A DNA stretch of 64,000 nt from Candidatus Latescibacterota bacterium (GCA_965237525.1 CBDEFO010000006.1:352001-416000); one strand, 5' to 3'; shown: positions 19,643-30,544, counted from the stretch's first letter. Numbers and translations are program-made. Notes: generated from the letters alone by a model not told the origin.

Positions 19643-21844
19643 CTAACGGTTAGCACCGTGCTTTCGCAGGATCTCGGCGATCTCGGTGTGGACGTTCTTT
19701 TCTGCCCAAGCCAGAGGTGTGGCCCACGGCTCGTCGTCGGGTAGGTTAGTTGCGGCGCCGCGTTCGAGCAGAAATCCAACCATTTCCTTTCGACCCCTTC
19801 GGGCGGCAAGACCGAGTGGTGTAGAGCAATATTCCTCGTCTCTGGGGTTGATGTCTGCGCCAAAATCGAGCAAAAGTTTGGCCTTATCGAAATTTCCGGC
19901 AGCCGCCATATCGTGGAGAAGTGTGATCTGCAGCCAGTTCCTGTGGTTGGGATTCATGCCGTTTTCAAGGAGAAACTTGGCCACATCGTAGTGGTTGAAA
20001 TAGTAGGACTGGCCCCATTTGCTCACATCAGGCACTCTAGCCCCGTAGCGCAGGAGAAGATTTAGCATGTCGAACTGAGCCCGCTTAGCTGGCAAACTCA
20101 TAACGCCTTCACCCCAGAAGAAGTCGTCCCGGTTTACCAGGTCTAGATTTTCTTTGAGCAGCTGTTCGGCGGCAGCCACATCGTGATCTAATACAGCAGT
20201 GAAAAAGGGATGAGGCTCTTGGGCTCCATGCTCCAGGAGTAGTTCGTACATGTCACCTTCGGCGTGCGCTAGGGGAGGGCCAGATGATTCGACGACGGCA
20301 TTGGGATCGGCCCCGTGCTCGAGCAGTGCCCGGGCAATGTCGATTTGATTACCCCTTACGGCAGCCCAGAGGGTATATCCTTTAGGAGCCTGTGCCTCAG
20401 GTGCATTGGGATCTGCCCTGTGTTCTAAAAGCAACTTGACGATCTCCGCGTACCCTCGTTCTGCGGCTGCGGATATCGGCCTTTTTCTGCAAGAGTCGTT
20501 GAAGTTTGCCAGAGAGGGATCATCTTGCAGGAATTCTCGGACCTGCTGGAGATCACCCAGCGCCGCGGCAGTATTAATGTTATACTCTGCACCTTTAGCC
20601 AGCAGATAGCCCACCATTAGCAAATTGTCTTTCCGCACCCAATAGTTGTTGCGGTAAAACGCCAGGTGAATTGGTCTGAACCCGTCACTGCGCTGGGCAT
20701 TGACATCCGCCCCCTTGTCGATCAGGTAGCGGACCATGTAGAAATGATCGTCGTTCACGGCTCGATGCAGCGGAGTTGCCCCGTCCGGATCACTTGCATT
20801 CACCAGTTGGGGTGATTCTCCAAGGATCGCTCTGACCTTCCCATGATCTCTACCAGACACTGCTTCGACCAGATCTGCAGCCTGGGCTGAGAACCCTTTG
20901 TCCCGCTTCCGCAGTGCTTCCTCGAGGATCTGGACAACTGCATCATGGCCTCGGTCGGCGGCCAGCGTCAACAGCGAGTCTCCAAAGAAGTACGTGCGAT
21001 AGGAGGGGTTAGCGCCGTGCTCAAGTAGGTAGCTCACCACGTCAACGTGGCCCTCTCTGACAGCAAAGTGTATCGGCTGCGTATAATTATATTGGCATTC
21101 AACCAGGTCAGGGTTTTTCTCCACGAGTTGCTGGATCGTCTGCAAATCGCCCTTCAGTGCTGCGCAGAGCATTTCCCATATATCTGTCCCTGCAACCTTT
21201 CCAAACAGCCTAAACTCGGTGGTCTTGAGCACCCTCGGTTTAATCATTCGCTTGATCTTACTGGCAAACTTCTCGTCCCGCGAAGGAGTTTCTTCACGAA
21301 GTTTCTTCTTCGCCATATATATCATCCTTTTCTTCAGCCGCTTCCGGGAGGCGCGAAGCCGGTGATCGACCGTCGTTCGGGGAATCTCCAGGAACTCGGC
21401 AATTTCGTTTTGTGAATACCCATTACTATAGAAGAGCGTTGTGACCATCCGCTGGTTTTCTGGCAGTGCCCCAATTGCTGCTAAGACCGCGTCCTTCATC
21501 TCCTGTTCAAGCACAGCCTCTGCAGGATCTTTCGCCTCTGAAGACATTTCGACCGCCGCTTCCAGTGGGACGGTCTCAATGCGCATTCCCCGTGTGAGCC
21601 GGTCGCAGTGTTTGAAGATAATCTTGCGAAACCAGCCCGGGAAGGCATCAGGTTCGCGAAGCTGAGGCAAGTCACTCCAGGCTCCGATAAATGCCTCCTG
21701 GGCAGCATCCTCAGCCAGATGAAAATTGCCCAGAATCGAGTATGCATAGCCCACGGCCATGTCTTGAAAACGTTGGACAATCGCGCCGAAAGCGTCCAGG
21801 TCACCTGCTTGTGCGCAAATGATGAGTGATTTCAAATCTTCCAT
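19643..21844 (-). CDS. ECF sigma-70 factor fused to a long ankyrin-repeat domain
   Basis: AEDAAQEAFI..W, FPGWFR (sigma2); YSQNEIAEFLEIP..TV..RL (sigma4); many TPLHxA..LLEHGADPN repeats; ATG 21844 (MEDLKS) preferred. Confidence 0.9.
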   Translation of the reverse strand: MEDLKSLIICAQAGDLDAFGAIVQRFQDMAVGYAYSILGNFHLAEDAAQEAFIGAWSDLPQLREPDAFPGWFRKIIFKHCDRLTRGMRIETVPLEAAVEMSSEAKDPAEAVLEQEMKDAVLAAIGALPENQRMVTTLFYSNGYSQNEIAEFLEIPRTTVDHRLRASRKRLKKRMIYMAKKKLREETPSRDEKFASKIKRMIKPRVLKTTEFRLFGKVAGTDIWEMLCAALKGDLQTIQQLVEKNPDLVECQYNYTQPIHFAVREGHVDVVSYLLEHGANPSYRTYFFGDSLLTLAADRGHDAVVQILEEALRKRDKGFSAQAADLVEAVSGRDHGKVRAILGESPQLVNASDPDGATPLHRAVNDDHFYMVRYLIDKGADVNAQRSDGFRPIHLAFYRNNYWVRKDNLLMVGYLLAKGAEYNINTAAALGDLQQVREFLQDDPSLANFNDSCRKRPISAAAERGYAEIVKLLLEHRADPNAPEAQAPKGYTLWAAVRGNQIDIARALLEHGADPNAVVESSGPPLAHAEGDMYELLLEHGAQEPHPFFTAVLDHDVAAAEQLLKENLDLVNRDDFFWGEGVMSLPAKRAQFDMLNLLLRYGARVPDVSKWGQSYYFNHYDVAKFLLENGMNPNHRNWLQITLLHDMAAAGNFDKAKLLLDFGADINPRDEEYCSTPLGLAARRGRKEMVGFLLERGAATNLPDDEPWATPLAWAEKNVHTEIAEILRKHGANR

Positions 21845-22122
21845 ATACGAAAAATTCCCTGTCAAAAGCTCTTCTATAAGTACAGACCCAACTTGACAAG
21901 GAAACCCGCACAAAAAATTTAGAAAATCTCTATTCCTATCAAGAAACTGACGGTGTTCTTGCACCTACTAACATAAAAGGCCGGTAAAGTCAAGGATGGA
22001 AATCATTTTCGGAGGTGAAGAAACTGGAACTATATCACTCATCGATGTCCAGGGAGGATTAGTAGCAATAAAGCGCATCGAGTCCTGATGATTTTTTTGG
22101 GCTTGCGTCTTTCTCGACTCCT

Positions 22123-22449
22123 TTAGTAGGTGGGTAGATCAATCGCTGAGATCCAGATCTCCTCGTAATTCCTCAAAGCCTCCCTCCAGCTATCTATATT
22201 TCCTTTTCCATCCTGAAGGCTCTGCGCCTCCCTATCTATTCTTTCTTGGGGCTGTGCTATTCTCTCTATTATCTCAGGATGACGCCGGTCTATAATCTCC
22301 TCTGTCGATGGATGGAATCTTGCTTTGACTGCATCTACCACCTCGCAAAATTGGGAGCTTAAGATCTCAATCGAGTACGTAACCTCGAAATCACGTGGGT
22401 CAGAGCGATCTCTTCTGTGATCTGTCCTTTTCAAGGCCGGAAGAGCCAT
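22123..22449 (-). CDS. Hypothetical protein
   Basis: 108-aa ORF with GAGGTG RBS. Confidence 0.55.
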   Translation of the reverse strand: MALPALKRTDHRRDRSDPRDFEVTYSIEILSSQFCEVVDAVKARFHPSTEEIIDRRHPEIIERIAQPQERIDREAQSLQDGKGNIDSWREALRNYEEIWISAIDLPTY

Positions 22450-22696
22450 TTATAACACCTCCTCTGATGCATATCGTTAAATGATGAAGACAAATTTACG
22501 CTGTTCATATATTACTGAACATAATAATAGCATACAACAGTGCAGATGTCAAGCAAAACATTGGAGAATTGCAAAACGCCTTATTGTCGAGTCTGCTGAG
22601 GAGATGTCTGTGTTGCCTATCTTTTTCGAAATTCCCTTGACAGAGAGATGTGTTGGCATTAAGTTATACTTAAAATCAGCGCGGAGGTAGCAGTAC

Positions 22697-22918
22697 ATGA
22701 ATAAAAGATCTCGGAAAACTACTGAATCTTCCTTTCCTATAAACTGGACCTTCCTCTTAATTGGCATTGCAACAATAATCGTTGGATATATCTTACTGAG
22801 TATTCCTCCGGCTGAAGGGTTTTGGTCGTTGACAGCGGCTCCTATTGTGCTGATAACCGGATACTGCGTTATTATACCTATAGCTCTTTTGAAAGGGAAA
22901 GAAAGGAAAAGTGAATAG
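22697..22918 (+). CDS. Small two-helix membrane protein (DUF3098-like)
   Basis: NWTFLLIGIATIIVGYILL..SLTAAPIVLITGY; GGAGG RBS; TTGACA at 22637. Confidence 0.7.
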   Translation: MNKRSRKTTESSFPINWTFLLIGIATIIVGYILLSIPPAEGFWSLTAAPIVLITGYCVIIPIALLKGKERKSE

Positions 22919-22990
22919 GGAAGAGGCTGGCTCTGTCCTCCTTACGAGCACTCTGTGTTAGACCTTTAATAGACATAAGACTGATAAACA

Positions 22991-23023
22991 AAGGGGATTA
23001 CAGTTGATTTCTGTAATCCCCTT
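22991..23023. terminator. Intrinsic terminator-like hairpin
   Basis: 13-bp stem AAGGGGATTACAG / CTGTAATCCCCTT, 7-nt loop, between convergent genes. Confidence 0.7.
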
Positions 23024-23173
23024 ACCTATGAGATTACTTCGGGGGGGAAGCAATCTCAATTCCGTAGTTGAAACGATCATTCCTTACCACTGTGCCGTTG
23101 TCAGGGATAGACTGTGCGGGAACAGACAAGAATCACTGTTCAACTAAGAGAGATTCGCCGGTTCGACACCAGC

Positions 23174-25486
23174 TCAAATCATCCCGAACGTCCTGAGTAA
23201 CTTTGACACGCGCTTGGGCTCATCAGTCGGCGGAGCGCAGGCCGTTCCAGCGCATATATAAGCCTGCGGACCCGACTCTATATCGGCGTATTTGACTATC
23301 AGAGCCACAGTCTCAGGGAACTTCTTGTCCTTAACCTCAAAAGGGTCGTAGTTGATCACTATCTTTCCCGGCCTGTAGGTCTTGTGGCCTGCCCTCATAA
23401 GCTCCAAAGTACGACCGTCGTCCTTCTTACCCACTACCACAGCCTGAGCTGGATGGTTCAGATGATAATCCACACCTAAGGCATACGATGAGGCAAAGGC
23501 CCCATAGGCCGCAGCAGCCCCCGCGAATGCCTCAAGCGTCTTTTGCGCCCAGTTCCTGTACTTTTCCTCATCGGTCAGATAGTATATCCTGTCCAGAACC
23601 ATGGCCGCTATGGAGTTTGCCGCAGGATATGGTGAATCTTCAAAGGCCTTGCGCTTCATCTTCAACAATCCCAAAGCCTCTTGGGAGGGATTTGAATCCC
23701 AAAAGCCTCCATTTTCACCGTCCCAGAATTCCCGATGAGAGTAGTCCATAAGGTCCATAGCTATCTCCAGATGCTGGAAATCCCCCGTCACTTCAAAGGC
23801 GTCTAAGAGGGCGTAAGCCATCCATACCTGATCTTCCAGGAGCCCTTCGACCCTCGCCTTTCCGTCTAAATAGATGTGCCTTACGCCCTTTGGGGGCGTG
23901 TAGGACTTTTCCAGCACGAACGAAAGGCTCCTCAGCGCAAAATCCCTTATATCGTCCCTACCCAGCACCCTGGAAGCCTCAAGATAGGCTGAAATCATCA
24001 TACCATTGTAATTTGAGAAAATATTCTTATCCACAAAGGGAGGCTTCCGCTTATTCCTGATTTCAAGGAGCCTCTCTTTGCCGCTTTCTATGAGCCTATC
24101 GGCTTCGGCCAGGGACACAGCTAACTTTGATGCCACCTCTTCAAGGGGCAAGGCTTCGTACAGAACGTTTCTTTCCGGCGCGCTCTCAAGATCGTGAGGA
24201 ATCTCCCTGACTCCGTAGTGGAGAATCGAGGCCTTTCGTTCATTATCGCTCAATGCGTTTTCTATTTCCTTTTGAGTCCACGTGAAATAATCCCCGTCGT
24301 CCTCCAAACTCACGTCCGCATCTTGATGTCCGTAAAAGCCGCCATTTTCCCGATCGGACAGAACTCTGTCAACATATTCTACAATGCCTTCTGCTATCTG
24401 TTTGAAGTACTCGTCACCGCTTATCTGATACGCGTGCAAGTAGTTCTTTAGGAGTCCGGCGTTCACGTAGGACATCTTCTCAAAGTGCGGGACGTTCCAC
24501 TTGCGATCTACCGAATATCTGTGAAACCCCCCACCTATGTGATCCCGTATTCCCCCCTTTGCCATCACCTTGAGGGTCTTGAGGGCTATCTCGAGCATCT
24601 GATCATCTTGGTTCTTAAAATACTCCAACATAGCCAATTCCATAGCCCCTGAGTTGGGGAATTTGGGACCATTTCCTTGTCCGAATCCCCCGTACTCGTC
24701 ATCAAACGCCTGCTGCAAAGCAAAGGCCAGGGAATCCACCAAGCTTTCTGACAGTTCCCCGGTCTTAATCTGCAAATCTCCGAGAGTCTCTAAATGTCTA
24801 TATATTCTGTCCGCCCCCTGCAGGACTTGATCTCTATCATCTTTGTACATCTGTGCGATATTCGGCAGAAGGCTCCTCATACCTGGCCTTCCCAATCTGT
24901 CTGAAGGGGGAAAATACGTTCCGCCGAAGAAGAGCTTTCCCTCAGGAGTCAAGAACGCCGTAAGGGGCCATCCTCCTCCGCCCGTTATCGCTCTTACTGC
25001 CCTCTGATATCTCCTGTCCACGTCGGGCCTTTCGTCCATGTCCACCTTGACGGGTATAAAATACTCATTTATGATCTCTGCAATCTCCTCATTTTCGTAG
25101 GTCTCCCTGTCCATCACGTGGCACCAGTGACACCAGACGGCTCCTATGTCCAGAAGAATGGGTCTGTCCAGTTCCTTTGCTGCCTGGAAGGCCTCTTGGT
25201 CCCATGGATACCAGTTGACCGGCTGATGCGCTGCGCTCTTTAGATAGGCGCTGGAAGATCCAGCCAGGCGGTTTACCCGTGGAGAGTCTTCCGACCGATT
25301 GCGACTCTCGTTTACATCTCCACTGTCCCCTGAGCTGCAGCTTATCATTATGCTCAAGGCAGCGACGGCTAAATAGCAGCAGACAGGTCTCCGATTGAAT
25401 CCCCGATTGAGTCTATCGGGGATCGGGACAGAGGCTTTCCTTCTGCTCCGAACTAAACTGAAGGAGGCTTTCCGTAATCTATTCAC
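23174..25486 (-). CDS. Thioredoxin domain-containing protein (DUF255/YyaL/SPATA20-like), probable lipoprotein
   Basis: NRLA..SSAYL..AHQPVNWYPW, WCHWCHVM, GGWPLT, HFEKM; lipobox-like MISC; start uncertain. Confidence 0.9.
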   Translation of the reverse strand: MNRLRKASFSLVRSRRKASVPIPDRLNRGFNRRPVCCYLAVAALSIMISCSSGDSGDVNESRNRSEDSPRVNRLAGSSSAYLKSAAHQPVNWYPWDQEAFQAAKELDRPILLDIGAVWCHWCHVMDRETYENEEIAEIINEYFIPVKVDMDERPDVDRRYQRAVRAITGGGGWPLTAFLTPEGKLFFGGTYFPPSDRLGRPGMRSLLPNIAQMYKDDRDQVLQGADRIYRHLETLGDLQIKTGELSESLVDSLAFALQQAFDDEYGGFGQGNGPKFPNSGAMELAMLEYFKNQDDQMLEIALKTLKVMAKGGIRDHIGGGFHRYSVDRKWNVPHFEKMSYVNAGLLKNYLHAYQISGDEYFKQIAEGIVEYVDRVLSDRENGGFYGHQDADVSLEDDGDYFTWTQKEIENALSDNERKASILHYGVREIPHDLESAPERNVLYEALPLEEVASKLAVSLAEADRLIESGKERLLEIRNKRKPPFVDKNIFSNYNGMMISAYLEASRVLGRDDIRDFALRSLSFVLEKSYTPPKGVRHIYLDGKARVEGLLEDQVWMAYALLDAFEVTGDFQHLEIAMDLMDYSHREFWDGENGGFWDSNPSQEALGLLKMKRKAFEDSPYPAANSIAAMVLDRIYYLTDEEKYRNWAQKTLEAFAGAAAAYGAFASSYALGVDYHLNHPAQAVVVGKKDDGRTLELMRAGHKTYRPGKIVINYDPFEVKDKKFPETVALIVKYADIESGPQAYICAGTACAPPTDEPKRVSKLLRTFGMI

Positions 25487-25539
25487 TTTGAATCATCCTC
25501 TCTATGTGCTAATCTCAGGCTGCGAAGCTGATAATAGCG

Positions 25540-26130
25540 TTATTTGATGCTATCCCGACCAATTCTAGCCCTTATTCTACACCACGTCCATATAACGGTG
25601 TATGAACATAGCGAACCTAATATCGCCCCTCCTAAAATATCTGAGGGATAGTGCACACCGACATAGACTCTTGAGTATGCGACAGAAGAAGCTATGATAA
25701 GGGACGGAACAGTCACGCGGCGGTAGTAGTAAGAAAATAGCAGCGCACCGGCGAATATATTTGCCGCATGCCCCGACGGAAAGGAGAACGAACCCTTCAG
25801 TATCCGAGAGACGACGGGGGGTGTATATATCCAGCCTTCGGAGGAGCTCCAAAAATGAACGCTTCCCAAAACGTTGCAGGGCCTAATCCTCCCGACCAAA
25901 GGCTTTATTAGGCTGCTGGTGAGTTGATCTGAGATTGTAATTATGGCTACCGCCAATATCGCTACCTCCCTTCCCTTTGGCCCTCCCTTGAATATCAACA
26001 ACAACCAGACCGCTCCCAATGGGATAAACCAATACTCCCGCGTCGTGAGTACAGGTATTAACACATCAAACAGGGGGTTCTGAAGCGCAAAATTAAGAAG
26101 ATAGAATATCTGGATGTCTAACCAATCCAT
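25540..26130 (-). CDS. PAP2 family phosphatase
   Basis: KPLVGRIRP, SFPSGHA, SRVYVGVHYPSD; ATG 26130 with GGGTGG upstream. Confidence 0.9.
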   Translation of the reverse strand: MDWLDIQIFYLLNFALQNPLFDVLIPVLTTREYWFIPLGAVWLLLIFKGGPKGREVAILAVAIITISDQLTSSLIKPLVGRIRPCNVLGSVHFWSSSEGWIYTPPVVSRILKGSFSFPSGHAANIFAGALLFSYYYRRVTVPSLIIASSVAYSRVYVGVHYPSDILGGAILGSLCSYTVIWTWCRIRARIGRDSIK

Positions 26131-26141
26131 ATTCCCACCCT

Positions 26142-27042
26142 TTAGTCTATTGAACCTGTCTCTACAACTCTTTGATAGTAATCCAGGTACTTTTTCGCCA
26201 TTATGTCTGACGTGAAGTTCTCCAACACTCTCTGTCTGCACTTATGCGGATCGATGCTATCCACGTTCTGAATCGCGCTTTTCATCTCCTCGAAGCTGTC
26301 GCACATAAAGCCCACGTCCTGAGTTACTATCTCCGGCATAGCGCCCATCCTTCCTGGTGGTAATCACAGGAGTGCCACTTAGCAGAGCCTCTGCGGTCAC
26401 AAGGCCGAAGGGCTCACCCCATCTGATCGGAAAGATCAGCGCTCTTGCTTTGGCAAGGAGCTGGGCCTTATGTTCTCCTCCCACCTCTCCGAGGGAGCTT
26501 ATGTTTCTGTCTAAGCAGAACTTCCTGCCCCCTGCTATTATAAGCTTGAACTTCATCTTTCTGGCTAACTCAATAGCTGTATCTACGCCCTTGCTGCTTC
26601 TGGAGACCTTTGACAGGAACAAAAAATAATCGTCCTTTTTATCGCTGAACGTGTATTCGTTCGGGTCTATCCCGTTGTAGACAAAATGTCCGCTGTTGTA
26701 CCTTGCAGCGTGCGATCTGCTCAAGAAAATCGTGTTTTTGTGATGTTGGAATTCGGGCGATGTAACTCCATGCATCGTAACTAGAACCGGCTTCGTGAAT
26801 TCCTCGTCCACGTTGAAATGGAGGTGAACCACGTCCACGTCCGACGGCAACACATCCTCTATTTTGTGTCCCTTCTTGATGTGAATTACCTCGCCCTTTG
26901 GGAAAGTCAAGCCCTTGGGAGCCAAAAGATATATTTTACATGCCATATCGGCAAGGGCGTTGCTCAACCAGGTTACCACCCTTTGGGCCTCGCCGTATTT
27001 TTTTACAGGCACGCGTTTGTACATGCACTGCGCTATTTTCAT
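26142..27042 (-). pseudogene. GT4 glycosyltransferase with a frameshift near 26350
   Basis: MKIAQ..VP.KKYG, EPFGLVTAEALLSGTPVI; continues GAMPEIV..GF in another frame. Confidence 0.8.
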
Positions 27043-27300
27043 AGGACTTCGGCCTGCCAGTCCCTCAAGCACACCCGATACAGTTCTATCACCTGTTGGC
27101 CATTCTTTTCCCAACTGAACGATTTAGCTGTCGTTAAGGCCCTCCTTGCGTACTGCTCTTTGAGATTTTTATTAGCCAGAAGGTTTCCCATAGCCTGTAC
27201 GACTTCCTCCTCGCTATACGGTTCGACTGTGATAGCGGCAGCGCCGCCAGCAGGTAGTGATCCCCCGAAACGTCACAGCAGAGCGCCAGAGGATATTCTC
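27039..27300 (-). pseudogene. C-terminal remnant of a further GT4 glycosyltransferase
   Basis: Manual translation SLPAGGAAAITVEPYSEEEVVQAMGNLLANKNLKEQYARRALTTAKSFSWEKNGQQVIELY...EVL*; stop overlaps the next ATG. Confidence 0.7.
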
Positions 27301-28293
27301 CCAAATTGCGATAGCTCTTTCATGCCAGGACTCTTTTCTTGGGCGAGTGCAAGGAGAGGAAGTTCGGGTCTGTAACATCCTACGGATGGTGGTCCAAAAG
27401 AGGGCTGGAGACTTAGCTATCACATCTTTAGCTTTTTCAGGGTCGAGCAAGTAAAAGTCAAAAGTCGCACTGCCTACATGGTCGTTTATATCCATCTTGC
27501 AACCTGAAAGAAAGGCCTCCATCGCTGAGCGGCCACCCGGCTCAGGCCAGAGCGGTTTGAAGAAGAATCTCTCACACCAGGACAATAGATTCAACACTTC
27601 CTCGTTAGAGACCTCGCCCAGCATCTGAACGTTGGGGGGCCACTTTTTGCCCGACCGGTCGGATCCGCAGACAAAAAAAGATAGATCAGTACGCGATACC
27701 GCATAGCGATAGAGCTCAGCATCTCCTTTAAGAGCGTCAATTTTTCCTACAAAGGCCACGGTTCCGGGCTCCTTAGGAGCGACGTGAATTTTGTCTACAG
27801 AGATAGGGGGTGGAAAGACTAATGTAGGCTCTATAGCGTCCCCGTAAATTTCGTAGTGGATCTTCAAATGCAGTGGCGACTGGAATACATTCAATAAAGC
27901 GCTGGCAAAAAGGTCGCGGTAGCAGTGAAAACGAACGCCCTTGCGACAGCCCGCTGCATTGGGATCCGTAAAACAAATAGCAGAGCGCTCCGTGCAGAAA
28001 CCATAATCATGTTCCCATCGAACGTAGGGTCTTGCGCCTTTGATCAGCCATCCGATCAGCTCGTATTCGTACCGACAGCCAAAGATGCTATTCACTATCA
28101 TAAGGTCACAGTGATCAATCAGGGCCCTCGTGGCCCTAAAACTCTTCAGCGCATCCGGGAAGACCTCAAAGCCGTGCTTTGCACCCGCCTGAATAACGGA
28201 CAGATTACTTAACTCGGCGCCTCCGACAAAATTCAGATCGGTATCGTGCAGGAACGCGACTTTTATGAGATCTCTCCGAGTTTCCTGTTTCAT
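27214..28293 (-). CDS. Glycosyltransferase-like protein; C-terminus probably truncated or fused
   Basis: GGAELS, FVGKIDALKG, PLWPEPGGRSAMEAFLSGC. Confidence 0.65.
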   Translation of the reverse strand: MKQETRRDLIKVAFLHDTDLNFVGGAELSNLSVIQAGAKHGFEVFPDALKSFRATRALIDHCDLMIVNSIFGCRYEYELIGWLIKGARPYVRWEHDYGFCTERSAICFTDPNAAGCRKGVRFHCYRDLFASALLNVFQSPLHLKIHYEIYGDAIEPTLVFPPPISVDKIHVAPKEPGTVAFVGKIDALKGDAELYRYAVSRTDLSFFVCGSDRSGKKWPPNVQMLGEVSNEEVLNLLSWCERFFFKPLWPEPGGRSAMEAFLSGCKMDINDHVGSATFDFYLLDPEKAKDVIAKSPALFWTTIRRMLQTRTSSPCTRPRKESWHERAIAIWENILWRSAVTFRGITTCWRRCRYHSRTV

Positions 28294-28351
28294 CTTATTG
28301 TCTTACAGCAACATCCGGCCATAATTAGGAGAAGCTCCATAGTGATCTTGC

Positions 28352-29503
28352 TCAGCTTGCCCGTAAGGACGCCTCATATACCCCTAATGTCTCCTGGGCA
28401 GTCTTTTCCCAACTGAATAGCTTAGCCCTCTCTACAGCCCTCTTAGCGTACTCCTCTTTCAGATCATCACTATCCAAAAGATCTTCCACAGCCCCTGCTA
28501 TCTCCTCCACATTATACGGATCCACCAGGATAGCGGCGTCCCCAGTCACTTCAGGCATCGACGATACATTCGACGTAATCGTAGGCACTCCGCAGCTCAG
28601 GGCCTCCAGGACAGGTATCCCGAATCCCTCAAAAAGAGATGGATATACGAAAAGGGACGCCCCGTTGTATATATGAACCAGAGAGTCAGGGTCCACGTAG
28701 CCCAAGAGCTTAACGTACTTTTCTATCCCGAGCTCACAGACAGAGTTCTTCAGCTCACCTAAAGACTCCTTATCCCTCGGATTCCCCGCCAAAGCTACGT
28801 CAAAACTATCTTTCAATCTCAGTGGGAGCACAGAATATGCCTGCAAAAGGCGTTTCAGATTCTTCCTCGGCTGAAGGGAGCCTACATACAGAATATAATC
28901 CTTAAAGAGACCCACTTTGTGAAGCAGGGACCTATCCGGATCAAGGGGTCCGAAGTTCTTGTCTGCAGCCTCTAAAATTACACTGATCTTATCCTTAGAT
29001 ACCTTGAAATTATCTAAAATATCCTCCTTCGTGCTCAGGGAGACCGCTATGATAAGGCGGGAGCTCTGCAGGACACGCTGGATATTCTCCCTGAAAAATC
29101 TTATGGTTCCGTCGCCCGCCCACCTGTTTCCCTTTAGATATGCAAGATCGTGAATAGTCACAATCACATTTTCAAGAGGAATTCTCGGAAAATTGAGGGG
29201 ATTGGTACAGTGAAAGACCTCCACAGAGTCCGACTTTAAGGAAAAAGAGAGTATTCTATCGTTTAGGCCTTTGCAGAATCCCTTGAGCAGATCTCCAAAA
29301 GTAAGCAGATGGAGATACACGCCTTTGTACTTAAAATTGTCCCTCTGTATTGGTCTTGCCTGTCTATATTTCTTTCTAACTCGCGTGTAGAGATAGTAGG
29401 TATTATCTGAATCCAGGTGGGAGAGCCCCTGGACCAACTGGCTCGTATAGACCCCGTTGCCCCCGCTGCCTAACGCAGCTACAAAATCTATACCTATCCT
29501 CAT
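28352..29503 (-). CDS. GT4 glycosyltransferase
   Basis: VTIHDL, YVGSLQPRKN, PSLFEGFGIPVLEA, FSWEKTA. Confidence 0.95.
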   Translation of the reverse strand: MRIGIDFVAALGSGGNGVYTSQLVQGLSHLDSDNTYYLYTRVRKKYRQARPIQRDNFKYKGVYLHLLTFGDLLKGFCKGLNDRILSFSLKSDSVEVFHCTNPLNFPRIPLENVIVTIHDLAYLKGNRWAGDGTIRFFRENIQRVLQSSRLIIAVSLSTKEDILDNFKVSKDKISVILEAADKNFGPLDPDRSLLHKVGLFKDYILYVGSLQPRKNLKRLLQAYSVLPLRLKDSFDVALAGNPRDKESLGELKNSVCELGIEKYVKLLGYVDPDSLVHIYNGASLFVYPSLFEGFGIPVLEALSCGVPTITSNVSSMPEVTGDAAILVDPYNVEEIAGAVEDLLDSDDLKEEYAKRAVERAKLFSWEKTAQETLGVYEASLRAS

Positions 29504-30537
29504 AAACCTTCAACCCGGCTGAACTTTGACACGACGCTTTCTATCTTCTCTAAAACCCTCTCCTTGGATATGTCCTCCATACAGAAGCGCCTTTCCATTC
29601 TGCATTTCTTCTCCCCGTGGAGACTGCACGGACTGCACGGAACGTCCAGACTTACGGTTATATCCTTCTCTCCTACCGGGGCAAATCCCAACCTGGGATG
29701 GGTCGGCCCAAAGATTGCCACGACGGGAACCCCTAATGCCGAAGCTATGTGCATAGGCCCGCTGTCGTTGGTCAACAAAACACTGCACCTTTCTATCAGG
29801 GCCGCCAAACCCCTCATATCTACTTTCCCCGCACACACTGCCGGTTTTCTATCCATCTTTGACAATATTTCATTCACAAAGTCCGTATCGTTTTGGTTCC
29901 CCAGCATCGCTACCTTTATCCTATCATGCTCAAGGAGCCGATCCGCCACATATGCAAACCCATCGGACGTCCACCTCTTCGTCTCCCATCTTGATCCCGG
30001 ACTTATCCCTACAACTGTGTCATCTGAATCTACGCCGTCATTGGATAGCAAGGAACTGACCAGTTCTTGGGATCCTTTATCCACGAACAACCGGGGAACC
30101 CATCCGTCCTTCTTTAACCCTAATTTGTTCAATGTCTCTAAGTACATCTCCAACGTAGATTTATGACTCACAGGAATCCACTTTGCGTAGACCGTAACCA
30201 TTCTTTGAAGCCGACGTTTTTTGTATCTCAACTTAATATCAGCCCTGGCTAGACGCCTTATTAGAAAGCTTCTCATATTCCCCTGCAGGTCCACTATCAC
30301 ATCTAAACTCATATCGTTCATTTCGGACACGAGAGTACATAATCCCCTGATACCGCTGGCAGGATCCGGAGTTATAATCCCTGATAACCTGGGATCCCCT
30401 TCAAATAACCCTTGGTACTCTTCTTTCAACAGCATAAACAGTTCAGAGAAAGGGTAGCTTTCCTTCAAAGCGTCTATCACCGCTGAAGCTAACACTACGT
30501 CCCCCAATGAACTTGTTCGGATGACCAATATTTTCAT
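29500..30537 (-). CDS. GT9 LPS heptosyltransferase (WaaF-like)
   Basis: MKILVIRTSSLGDVV, TKRW, NDSGPMHIASALGVPVVAIFGPT, CSPC. Confidence 0.9.
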   Translation of the reverse strand: MKILVIRTSSLGDVVLASAVIDALKESYPFSELFMLLKEEYQGLFEGDPRLSGIITPDPASGIRGLCTLVSEMNDMSLDVIVDLQGNMRSFLIRRLARADIKLRYKKRRLQRMVTVYAKWIPVSHKSTLEMYLETLNKLGLKKDGWVPRLFVDKGSQELVSSLLSNDGVDSDDTVVGISPGSRWETKRWTSDGFAYVADRLLEHDRIKVAMLGNQNDTDFVNEILSKMDRKPAVCAGKVDMRGLAALIERCSVLLTNDSGPMHIASALGVPVVAIFGPTHPRLGFAPVGEKDITVSLDVPCSPCSLHGEKKCRMERRFCMEDISKERVLEKIESVVSKFSRVEGL

Positions 30538-30544
30538 ATCTTAG

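Noticed and set aside
22919..22990. tRNA or ncRNA after the DUF3098-like gene
   Set aside because: No cloverleaf or T-loop (GTTCRA) is recognisable.
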